From NCBI RefSeq assembly GCF_001194135.2, contig NC_068999.1, forward strand, positions 53,516,122 through 53,580,121: a DNA stretch of 64,000 nucleotides, read 5' to 3'. Under the pieces are notes generated by a model. It saw only the letters and a program-made list of their open reading frames with translations, ran no database searches and was not told where the DNA came from. The position numbers and the translations under genes were made by a program. Each line of letters opens with the position of its first letter. Within the stretch, counting starts at the first letter, position 1. Source of the stretch: Octopus bimaculoides (lineage: Eukaryota). Below are positions 52,150 through 63,121 of this stretch, piece after piece.

Positions 52150-53260
52150 TGAATTTCAGTGTTTTATCCATCCACTTCGTGGCAGTATAAAACTGGTTGA
52201 GTGGCGGGATTGATGGAGAGGTTTTACTTGTGTTTCAAGGAAGTGCGGCATTGTCCATAACCTTTTCAAACCCTTCGACACCGGTGAGCTTGATACTATT
52301 GACGTTCCTTGAAAATTATTACAGGTAAACACCTGTACGACGGTTAGTGTGTCCGAGAGGACTGCACGTACCAAGAGAGACAAAACGAGGAGAAAGGCGG
52401 GGTATCTGAGTGGTGGGGATACGAGACTAACCATCTCTGAGAAACTGACACCAGTATAGTAACGGTAAAATAATAATAAAAACAGGGAGAGGATACAGCA
52501 CGGCTAGAGGCTGGACCATGTCTGTTCTGTTAATAATAGAATACCATTTAGTCAAATAGTCCTTCGCTTGATGCGGTTTGGGATGTCTGTGTGTCGCTGC
52601 ATCACCGTCCCAGATGTAGCAGCAGCAGCACTCGAGTTTGTAAGGTGTCAGCAGTAACTGAAAAATTTCCTAACCTGAAGAGAAGGGCCTTAGCTATTCT
52701 AAGGATGAGCTTTTGCCTGTAGAGATCCTCTATGCTAACGAGGCCCAGAATTTGAAGTAACTGTGAGGTCATTGAATTACCGTTCACTATTAGTGGGAGT
52801 GGGGAATGATGGTATTTTCTTGATATAAGTAGTGCTTCATTTATTTTTTCTTTCAAGCGAAACAAGGTGATATGGGCCCACTGAAGAATTCTCTCTAAAT
52901 CTTCACTTACGGTATCAGTTCAAGTTTAGCAGTGGTATCCGGCTGTGAGGATGACACATAGGTGGGGGGTGGACGGTTAGGGGAGTATGACAGGTTGTGT
53001 CAATTTGCATAGGAGTGGGCGTTGTTGGGTGCGGCTGGAAGAGAGTGGCACAGAAAGAGCCCTGTCAACACATTTTGTAACGATCAGTTAGGAAGCTACT
53101 GATCCAGGGCAGGGGAGCTTGTAAATAGGATGTTTTGATAGGAGACATGTATGTCAGTCACGGTCAAAGGTTTTACTGATTGTCAATAGCAACAATATTG
53201 CTTTCACTGGCTGGATTTGTCACTGATGGTATTTTAAATAGGAAGCAACGAAGTAAAAGA
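52150..53260 (-). mobile_element. Highly decayed Jockey/CR1/I-group LINE (RT region and C-terminus)
   Basis: Minus-strand fragments PWISSFLTDR, SEDLERILQWAHITLF, EALLISRK and LECCCYIWDG..NRIKRR occur in the expected order for this clade, with many frameshifts. Confidence 0.7.
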
Positions 53261-53816
53261 AACAAAATGAAAGATGTGTTGGTGCTCTGAGATAGGCCGC
53301 TGAGATCAGAGAAAAATAATTTTTACTGAAATCACTTAAAAGAACACAGCCGAACCATAGAAATATATTTGATAAAATGTAAAATACGTCGTAGTTGAGT
53401 GCACAGCCTCAGATGGGGCCTCATCGAGCAGGCTTAAGATGAAAAGCATTTCAGTCGGGACTGCGCCGTCTTTTTCTTCGCGGACTATATTAACCCAATG
53501 TTCTTTTTTCTTTTTTTTTTCAAGGCGGTAGAATGTGATGCGAGGTAAATTTCTAGCGTGACATGCAATTACATCAAGACTTCGATGGTACAAAATGTGA
53601 AGGTGTCACTGTGACTGCAGAAGACAGAAATATGTCGTTCCATAAAAATTACGATTAGTTTCATTGAATTCTAATGCTTATATGTTTGATAAATATACTA
53701 CAAGCATACAACGTCCTTGATTTCCTATATACATACATGTACGTACCTGTATACGGCGTGACAAAAACCCTAAACACCGGGTGTACGTATTCTTTACTTT
53801 CACCCCTGAATAATAC

Positions 53817-53849
<33 letters not shown>

Positions 53850-56649
53850 ACCTATATATATACATACATATGTGTAATCTAAATATTACAATCTAACCAG
53901 ATACCAGTTGCTTGTCTGTCTGCTATTTCGTAACGTTGAAGTGTGATAATATTTCCCGGTTAAAAAATGTTTTTGTTTTAATTATATCTTGCTCATGCGC
54001 CCAGAAACTTGGTCATGCGTATTCTAAATAAATTTCAAAAACCGTAGATTGTTGTTGTTGTTCTTTGGATATTTCGTTTTATCACTTCTATTTCTAAAAC
54101 GTTCCGATTTTTAATGTCCTACTTTTTTTTATATCTGAAGGAACCTTCATTTGATTTTCGTACATTTTGGGGGCATTCCAGGTGGGAAGAATACAAGTAT
54201 AATGCCACACCGAAATTTCTTTCACATGTAAACATCAAATGTGAGAAATGGATTCCCTGACTTCGCTCGTCGACTTACTTCGCCGTACCGAGTAGGCTGC
54301 ATGTCGACATCTAATTCGAAATGAGAACAAATGCGAGCGCTGTGAGTGACATCCCGCTTACTCTAAGTAAATATTCAAAGCATTTCGATTTAAATGCTGC
54401 AAAATGTGGTTTGCTAAGTCTTATTTAAATATGGAATGCCTCCCTCACTCAACTGACGTATTTTTTGTCCATAAACACGTCTCATCACATAATGATGTCC
54501 CAATGGAAAATGTCTGATGTATGATTATCAAGGAAATATTTGTCATGAATGGATTGAAAATATGGTTGGGGAAGGTGGACGGAATATGTTGAAATATATT
54601 AATAAATTGTTTCTTTTGCCGAAAACAAAGGATGGTGGAGGGATAGGTTAACATCGGTGGGTGTTTGGGGGTCAACGTGGAACAACAATGTCTTCTCGTT
54701 CCTTATGCAACACGAAATATCATTTATATAAAAGAACCTTTTGCAGGAAACTTGGATTTATGATCGAAGGGTGATTGCGTATGATGAAACTGGGGATTAG
54801 GATAAGTATAGTTATAAAGAGAAAATCTGATGATTATGCAGATAATGAAGAGAACTAAGTACAAGCATGTAAACCAGTATGGAATCATTTATTTAAAAGT
54901 TATACGAACGAGTTCATGTGGTAGGAAAATTAATGCTCGAAAAAAAATTTAGAACTTCTTTCTTCTATTTTGGCAATTGTAGCAGAGAAAGGTATATTCT
55001 TCCATTATGATCATGAAATTTGCCTAATTTTCGTAAGCAAATCGGCATTAAAAACTGAAAATTTGTAACGTCTATTTTTAAACGCGGACTTCAAAAAACG
55101 AATAGAAGAGAAGTAAAAACAGAAAATGGGAGCGTTTAAAAAAATTGAAAAGCTGTAGTTTTTGGCAAAATCATAATCCCCATTATTGGAGAATTTTTTA
55201 TATGAAAGGACGAGGTGCCTATCTATCACATCTGATGGTTACTAAATGATGACGTGATAATGAAACCAAAACAATCCGAGGAAAATTACAAAACTAGACA
55301 GGGGTATCTCGAAATAAGCGGAACGAATGTGTAAATGCTCAAAATTTCCTTATTAAATGGAAGTATTTCAATTTGATATTATTTTTAGTTGAATATTTTC
55401 AAATCTATTTTTAATTTCTTGGGAATGGTTCCAGCTTTATGATTATTATTTTAGGGATAGTGGCTTTACTATTAATCCCCCAGATAGGTACCTAAAACCA
55501 AAGACTTCTATAGTGTCAATATTTCCAGTTTCAGAGAACACCATTCGTGATTGTTTCTTTTTTCCTTTTTTTTTTTTTTAACTGGTGCTTCGTTTCCAAG
55601 ATCCCATGAAAGTGAAGGTAATTCACTTTGTCAGAAGTGCTTTCTTTCGTGGTAAAAAGTGAGTGGAGGGAATTTTTAAGACAAATGATAAAGTTTTCTA
55701 ATATCTTTAATATTTAGGTTATTGTGGAAAATGCGGCGTAATTTCCAGAAAATAGGCTATGTATAAAAATATCACAGCGTACTAGAAACACCGAAACGAA
55801 GAATTAAAATATCAACAACATGAGGTACAGAGAGAACAAACATTTCTAAAAGATGTAATTTCCTCAAGTAACAATATAAATTTTTTAAAAACTAGTAAAC
55901 ATCTTTCATTTCAGAATTTCAAGTATATCATGTTAAGGTCTTTATCTATTCCCATTCTTTGGAAATTACACTGCGATTCTCCACATTTATTTCTTTTCCT
56001 GAGACTTTTTTTTTTTTTTTCATGTGAAAAAGTCTGTTAAACAACGAAAGGCATTTACCGATTACTGCACCGCTGAATTGTGAATTAATCTTAAACGATG
56101 CAACAAACTCAACGGTAGATTAGATGTCACCAAATATGTTGTAAATATACCTCAGTGGACCCTTTCATTGAGATGTTTGATCATCAGCTGCGTCGTACAC
56201 TAATCTATCTTCCACTTTGAGTCGGCCGCGTTCAGCCATTTCTATGTACAACATAAGATTTCTGTTTCACAAATCTTTTTATCTTTTACTTGTTTTGATC
56301 ATTAGACTGCAGCCATGCTGGGGTACTGCCTTGAGGAAGTTTAGTCAGTAAATTTGGACAAGTACACCCACACGAAAAAAAGACCTCGGATTTTTCGCGT
56401 GGAATCAAGTACCCTGAACTCCTAATATGCCGCAAACCTCTTATTTTGGTTCGGAAAAAGGGTGTTTAGTTTATAACCATACTGTATTCATGTTAATTAG
56501 GATTTGAAATAAATATTGGGAAATCTGTCTTCTTTAACAATGTCTCACTGGATAGTCTTTAACTGGGACTCAATTAACTATTTTACTTTTGTTGTGCCCT
56601 AGAAAAGAAGCACTTTTACCATTTATTTGGACTGCAACCATGCTGGACT

Positions 56650-57010
56650 CAGTCATTAGACTGCAGCCCTGCTGGACACCACCTTGGAGGTTTTAATCAA
56701 ACAAATTGACTCCTAATACTTATTTTTTTAAGCCCAGCACTTATTCTATCGGTCTCTTTTTCCAAATGGCTAAATTATTGGGACATAACAAACCAACACT
56801 GGTTGTCAAAGCAGTAGGGGAAACAAACACAGACACAAAGACATGCACAAATAGATATATATGAAATGCTTCCACACAATTTCCATCTACCAAATTATTC
56901 ACTTACAAGGCATTGGTTGGCTCAAGACTTTAAGTAGAAGACACACAAAGTGCTATGCATCCATGTGATTGCAAAACAAGCTTTCTTAATCACACAGCTA
57001 TGTCTGTGCC
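56650..57010 (-). mobile_element. Family A SINE, reverse orientation, degenerate
   Basis: Reverse complement of the tail (agactgcagccctgctgg...cttattctatcggtctc) followed by the reverse head (...cttaatcacacagctatg). Confidence 0.8.
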
Positions 57011-58390
57011 TTTCTGTTGTGTTTTTGCTTTGATTTATGTCTCTCGACACTTGCATAAAGCCACCTCCCTCCCTACACACTCCCATTCAGGTGTGGAGAC
57101 ATTTTTGTCTTATAAGCTACTTGAAGGTCTCACTAGTGCCAAAGCCACAATAAAAGTACCCAGTGCATTCAGCAAAGTAGTTGATGTGAGAAAGTGCCTC
57201 TAGTTATAGAAGGCATGCCAAAGCAGACATTAGAATTTGAGGGAGCCTTCCTACTCATTGGATCCTATTAAGCTGTCCAGCCCATGTCAACATGGAAGAC
57301 AGATATTAAATGATAATGCTTAGGTATGTATGTAGAGATAGATAGACTGATGGATGTGTTTATGTTTGAACTAGTGTCAAATCTAATATGCTGTGTCTCA
57401 GTATCTGCCATAACTTCATGGTTCAACAACAGTGATCACAAGAATAAGTACCACAGTCAAATATTGACTAAATACTCTGGCAGTGGTCAGCAGCATAGTT
57501 AGTGGGAGACAATAATTCCAAGTGACACTTTTGTTGAGGTGGTGTTTTGGGGTCTGACGTAGAAGCCTGTGTGGGGTAGAGGGAGCGTAGTAACTCAAGT
57601 TAGAGAAGCATTGATGACAATTCAAATACAAAACCCGGGAGAGGAAGGCCTCTCTGGGGAATATATGATAGTGCAGCAAAATCTGAAGAGAAACCAACAG
57701 CCTGCTTTGGATGAAGTGTCATGACAGGATGAACCAAGAAATCTTTTGGAAGTACATTAGACCAAAACTGTCTTCTGCCTTATGAAGTACTTGTGTGCCT
57801 TATTGTTTAGTTCTAAAATTTTTGTTCCATGTCACTTGCAAGTATCCAACTTTCATGCCTGTACAATAAGATTAAAGTGGCCAGAGATTTGTATGGTTTG
57901 AGCTTTGTGGGGAAAATCTGGCTTATCAATATCATGTTCGGTTTATATCATGGCAGACAAAGTCAAGCTTAGTTAGTTTTTATCTCTTTTGAGCTGTTAT
58001 CCTTGCTCAAAGTGAAATGAAAATATATAATCTATATTACATCTAAATACTAAAAACTTACATTATATTAACATTCACTGGAGTAGAAAACAAAAACTAC
58101 CAAAAGAATTCATTTATCTATAAAACTGCAAAATGCAATGTAATGCAAAGACAAAAATAAGAAAATTGTGATGTCATAATGCAATTAGAAATGATTTACC
58201 AGTTTTGATATTTTCAGTAACCAGTTGCAGTGAAAAATTTCACATTTCGAATAAATATTTAATTGTAAAAGTTTTGTAGCTCCACATGTGGGCCAAATAC
58301 TTTTAGAAGATACTAGTTCCTTGAAGAATTTAGTGTAATTTTAAAGAACAAGGAAGGTACAGCATAAAAGAATTTTGGTCATCTTAAGAA

Positions 58391-58849
58391 ATGAGTGATT
58401 CAAAAAGTTATAAACAAAGCTGTGAGAAAATAAGATTGAAGCCAATAGAGAAGAAGCAATTGGATGTGGTGCATTTTCCAGACAATCCTATCATTACAAA
58501 CTGGGAACGTCTGGAAAAAGAGCGACTGAAGAAATTAAATTTAGGATTTAACCGGTTGCAGGGTTCGGTTTATCAGATAGAATTAGCAAAAGAACTTAAG
58601 AAACAGCGAGAATTGGATCCAAGTGCAAAAATGAAAAGATCACCATCTCCCGTAGAAGAGGAAGAAGAAAAAGAAGAATATGTGTCATCTGAACGTCAAA
58701 TATCATTTAATCAACTAGCCCCCTTTAAAACGTACAAAACTAAATATACATGTGGTTATTTCTTTGATTATGAAAATCAACACAAACGAATTCGGAGGGG
58801 AATTCCTCCTTGCAATTTACCATATTGGCAATCTAGGACAAAATATTAA
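58391..58849 (+). CDS. Uncharacterised single-exon protein, 152 aa
   Basis: Uninterrupted ORF in AT-rich DNA, with an in-frame TAA two codons upstream of the ATG. It has non-repetitive, charged, protein-like composition and no similarity to the repeats in this window. Confidence 0.65.
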   Translation: MSDSKSYKQSCEKIRLKPIEKKQLDVVHFPDNPIITNWERLEKERLKKLNLGFNRLQGSVYQIELAKELKKQRELDPSAKMKRSPSPVEEEEEKEEYVSSERQISFNQLAPFKTYKTKYTCGYFFDYENQHKRIRRGIPPCNLPYWQSRTKY

Positions 58850-59091
58850 AATAGAATCATGTCCACACACACTCAGATATATATATATATCATGAGTAAC
58901 TCTGGGTACTTGAGCCAGAGAGTGCAGCTTTAAAGATCAAAATCATACATCTAACATAAGGTATGCATAGCATGTACGTACTGTCTTTCCAGCGGTCTTT
59001 CAAAAAAACAATTATATTAAAATCTGATTTGTAATTTTCATTCATTTATCATTGCATACCTTCCATTCAGCACCACAAGTACATAAATACA

Positions 59092-60286
59092 TACAAGATG
59101 CATTCCAGAAGTTTTGAAATATTTTCAGGCGTGACATTTATTCATTTCAAAGCACTCCAGTCACTTTATGTAGACCCCATGGAAGTCCTCCAAAGTGGAG
59201 ATGTCCAGGACCCTTGTCACAACCACCTTCATCTCAGTGCCTTCAAAATGACTGCCTCTGACTTTCTCCTTCAGCCTGGGGACTGCAGGGAGGGTGTGGA
59301 GCAGTTTTGATGCCCATCTCTGGCAAGTAGTCAGTTACCAGGATGGAACTGTTGCATTATCCTGGTGCAGGTGCTCTAACCTTTTGTGATGAAATCTCTT
59401 CCTGAACTCTCTCAAAACCTTCACAACGTACTTTTTGTTGACTGTTTAGTCAGAGGGGTCCCAGTGGATGTGATGATGCCTTTGCTGTCAAAAAAGGGGA
59501 TCATTGAGCTTTCTGGTGGACTTGTTTTGCTTGGTCTCATGTGACAGTGAAAAACAGATGCTCAGCTTATACAAGTTAATCCATAAGCACTCTAGAGCAT
59601 TTCATACATTTCTGTAGTGTTTTTGCCCTAACACAAGACGTAAGAGTGGCTGTGTGGTAAGTAGCTTGCTTACCAACCACATGGTTCCGGGTTCAGTTCC
59701 ACTGCTTGGCACCTTGGGCAAGTGTCTTCTGCTATAGCCTCGGGCCGACCAAAGCCTTGTGAGTGGATTTGGTAGACGGAAACTGAAAGAAGCCCGTCGT
59801 GTATATGTATTTATATATATGTATGTATATGTTTGTGTGTCTGTGTTTGTCCCCCCAACATCGCTTGACAACCGATGCTGGTGTGTTTACGTCCCCGTAA
59901 CTTAGCGGTTCGGCAAAAGAGACCAATAGAATAAGTACCGGGCTTACAAGGAATAAGTCCTGGGGTCGATTTGCTCGACTAAAGGTGGTGCTCCAGCATG
60001 GCCACAGTCAAATGACTGAAACAAATAAAAGAGAATGGCAAACTTACAGATCGTCTTTGCATCCCAGTGCATTCTGCAAACTAGTCAGCTGTTAGAAACA
60101 ATGTTTAGTAGGGTGTGCTCAAGGTGCTGTAACACCTATTCTCCTTCAATCTGGAATAGCAAAAGGTGGCAGGTCATCTTATTAGGTGTATAGTAAGGAT
60201 ATACTAAAATAAGAGTAAATGTAGACCAGTTACAATTATCTCTCTTTAAAAAAAAAAAGTCTCAAAACTTCTGGAATGCACCTCAT
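59092..60286 (-). mobile_element. Mariner transposon remnant, internally deleted, containing a family A SINE
   Basis: TIRs tacaagatgcattccagaagttttga and tcaaaacttctggaatgcacctca. Minus-strand transposase fragments: GKNTTEMYEML*SAYG, FFDSKGII, VLREFRKRF, HLHQDNA, TDYLPEMGIKTAPHPPCSP. Confidence 0.88.
59637..60035 (+). mobile_element. Family A SINE, least-diverged copy, inserted in a mariner remnant
   Basis: A-box-like tggctgtgtgg, B-box-like ggttcagttcc, CORE-like ccttgggcaagt, internal TA/TG microsatellite and an intact CpG-rich tail. Confidence 0.92.
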
Positions 60287-60625
60287 TTGTCATACTCATC
60301 ACCCGTTTTATGCTTCCTGGTAAAACACAATTACTTTCCGAATACCCTAATATATCATATTTTTATACCTGTTCCTATATTTTTACAATCTGATTTCTTA
60401 ATCTTTATTCGATTCACCCTATTGTCAATTGCTTTCTAATCCAAATGTATACTGTTATGTTGAAAAGTAGTTGCCCAACCAGCTTAAAATGTTCATTCAA
60501 TGAATTGGTAATCATGAATACTTACGATAGATTCTTGTATTTTTCTGAATACTCAAGTCAGAATGGTTGTGCGAAACATTAAGTAACAGTTTGTGAAGTT
60601 TTTCTCGGCTTCAAAGATAAAACAT

Positions 60626-60870
60626 GTAGCCTAGTGGTTAGGGTGTTGCACTCACCATCACAAGATTGTAGTTTCGATTCCTGGACTGGGCAGTCTGTTG
60701 TGTTCTAGAGCAAAACACTTTATCTCATGCTGCTCTGTGATAGCTTTGACATCTGACATGTGGTACACCATGCACCTGTACAGGCAATGTCGATTTGATG
60801 GAGGGAGTGAGCCAGTGCAGAGCGCAAACATTTGATTGCTACAAACAAATCATATGAGCAAAAATCCTCA
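60626..60870 (+). mobile_element. tRNA-derived SINE, family C
   Basis: A-box-like tagcctagtgg, B-box-like gtttcgattcc, then tgttgtgttctagagcaaaacacttt. Confidence 0.8.
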
Positions 60871-60919
60871 TCTGTCTTTTACAACAGAAGAGTCCATCAT
60901 ATGTGTATACATATATGTA

Positions 60920-60924
<5 letters not shown>

Positions 60925-60990
<66 letters not shown>

Positions 60991-61279
60991 NNNNNNNNNN
61001 NNNNNNNNNNNNNNNNNNNNNNNNNNNNNNNNNNNNNNNNNNNNNNNNNNNNNNNNNNNNNNNNNNNNNNNNNNNNNNNNNNNNNNNNNNNNNNNNNNNN
61101 NNNNNNNNNNNNNNNNNNNNNNNNNNNNNNNNNNNNNNNNNNNNNNNNNNNNNNNNNNNNNNNNNNNNNNNNNNNNNNNNNNNNNNNNNNNNNNNNNNNN
61201 NNNNNNNNNNNNNNNNNNNNNNNNNNNNNNNNNNNNNNNNNNNNNNNNNNNNNNNNNNNNNNNNNNNNNNNNNNNNNNN

Positions 61280-61320
<41 letters not shown>

Positions 61321-61337
61321 CACACACACACACACAT
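60925..61337. repeat. (TG)n / N-gap / (TA)n(CA)n compound microsatellite
   Basis: Ns at 60991-61279 are flanked by dinucleotide repeats. Confidence 0.9.
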
Positions 61338-61542
61338 AAAAGTCATCAAATATAAAAGAAAACATTATATGAAACAACATTTACTAATTTAACAATTATC
61401 ACAAATTTTTTCAGACAAATGATATTTTTTCTTTCTTTACTTCCAATTATATACATTAAACACACAATCCAGGGAATTAATACATACATAGATACAAAGG
61501 ATGAAATTATTTACTGAAGATTATTTCTTAAAAAGTCCTATA

Positions 61543-61548
61543 TTTATT
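61543..61548 (-). terminator. Candidate polyadenylation signal AATAAA for the 61587-61869 exon
   Basis: tttatt on the + strand just downstream of the stop codon, followed by A-rich sequence on the minus strand. Confidence 0.45.
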
Positions 61549-61586
61549 TTATGTTTTTTTTTTTTGTTTTTTCTCTGTAGAAGTCT

Positions 61587-61869
61587 TTAATCACTGTCCC
61601 AAATATCTTCTTCTTCAGAACCATCTGTTTGTGTACCAGCACTGCGCTGTACCTGCCTGTGAGATGTTTGCGTTGCCGTGCTGGTCGTGTGTGGTAATCT
61701 TTGCCCAACACTTGGCATATTAATCAGATTTCGACGAATGTGCTGCATCCGATACAGATTCCGTCGAAGGGATTGTGCTTGGTTCAAAGTATTCCATTCT
61801 TCTTCTTCTCCTCCTCCTCCTCCTCCTACGTCTCTTTCAGGCGGATTCTCTTTTTTCACTGGTTTGAAC
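61587..61869 (-). CDS. Terminal coding exon of a gene entering from the right; possibly AMBRA1-like (unconfirmed)
   Basis: Acceptor ttttcttgtaaaattttgcaatttag|g, then 93 codons FKPVKKENPP...ATQTSHRQVQRSAGTQTDGSEEEDIWDSD and a TAA stop, with AATAAA 38 nt downstream. Confidence 0.75.
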
Positions 61870-62050
61870 CTAAATTGCAAAATTTTACAAGAAAACATTT
61901 AAAAAGTTATAAACTATAAGAAAGAAAAGTAATGTGTTTGTGAATATGTTTATAAATCATCATCATTTAATGTCTGTACATTCTCTGTAAAGTGGTTGAC
62001 ATAAAGAAGAGCATCCAACTATAGAAACCCTGCCAAACCAGACATTAGAG

Positions 62051-62338
62051 CAGTGGTTCCTAAACTTGTTCGAGTTGCCACCCCATTGGCACCCAGACTG
62101 CATTCCTAGCGCCCCCGTCCCTCATCACCACAAATACAGAGACCACTTTCTGCATCAAATTCAAAACAACTGTATTTCACAAATTAAAGTTAACCTAATT
62201 AACCCATTATTTTGTTGATTTTACATGCACTGCCCTCCTTTGGACACCCCATTATTGCCCCCACTTTTCTTCAACCACACCCTCCTATCTATCTACAGCC
62301 CTAAAGCTGGGCAGTATCGCCCACTTTGGGAACCACTG
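62051..62338. mobile_element. hAT/Charlie-like MITE with an 8-bp target-site duplication
   Basis: TIRs cagtggttcctaaa and tttgggaaccactg; flanks cattagag and cactagag (7/8 identical). Confidence 0.85.
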
Positions 62339-62431
62339 CACTAGAGCATGATGTGGTTCTTTGACTTCTTGGAACCTTGTCAAACCATTCAATGCATACC
62401 AGAAAGGAAAGCAGACATAAAATAATTATGA

Positions 62432-62468
<37 letters not shown>

Positions 62469-62876
62469 TTCATGCATGTGTATGTATTACATGCTGCAAA
62501 ACTATGATTGGCCATAGTTGAAAAATGTTGAAACACTCAATGACAAATTCCATGATGGAATGGAAGCATGTGTCAGTTGTGCCTATCATTGCTAATCATC
62601 ATCATCATTTTAACATCAGTTCTCTATGCTGGCATGGACTGGATGGTTTGGCAGGAGTCGGCCAGCTGGAGAATTGTCCAGGCACCATTTGTTTGTTTTG
62701 GCATGGTTTCTACAGCTTTCTAATGCCAACCACTTTACAGGCACTTTTACATGGCACTAGCCCACAAGACTAGGATATCTGTGCAAAACTGTAGGTTTCT
62801 AGCAAGACTGAAAAGCCTCAACCACATTGCTTTAAGAGAGCAATCAAGTGATGGTATTGCTTTAAATCAAGTAGCT

Positions 62877-63121
62877 GCCATCATCATCATCATCATCATC
62901 ATCATCGTTTAACGTCCGCTTTCCATGCTAGCATGGGTTGGACGATTTGACTGAGGACTGGTGAAACCGGATGGCAACATCAGGCTCCAGTCTAATTTGG
63001 CAGAGTTTCTACAGCTGGATGCCCTTCCTAATGCCAACCACTCAGAGAGTGTAGTGGGTGCTTTTACGTGTCACCCGCACGAAAACGGCCACGCTCGAAA
63101 TGGTGTCTTTTATGTGCCACC
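62877..63121 (-). mobile_element. RTE-type 3' UTR element with (GAT)n tail (family D), running into a gap
   Basis: (CAT)n followed by cgtttaacgtccgctttccatgctagcatgggttggacg...ggatgcccttcctaatgccaacc. Related copies lie at about 4225-4400, 11268-11425, 16775-17000 (+), 57150-57320 (+) and 62595-62770. Confidence 0.8.

Noticed and set aside
53336-53593. Minus ORF (MYHRSLDVIAC...HWVNIVREEKDGAVPTE) that superficially resembles a THAP domain
   Set aside because: The nucleotides align to a reverse family E repeat copy, and the C2CH ligands are missing.
54440-54760. Possible Tc1/mariner transposase remnant (SLCDET resembling the first catalytic Asp motif)
   Set aside because: There is only one weak motif, with no TIRs or further catalytic residues seen.
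57590-57780. Possible LINE fragment (FWKYIRPK)
   Set aside because: It is a single short motif among many stops, which is not enough to call.
59645-59720. tRNA gene (A/B boxes here and in other SINE heads)
   Set aside because: I could not fold a cloverleaf, and the boxes run directly into SINE body sequence.
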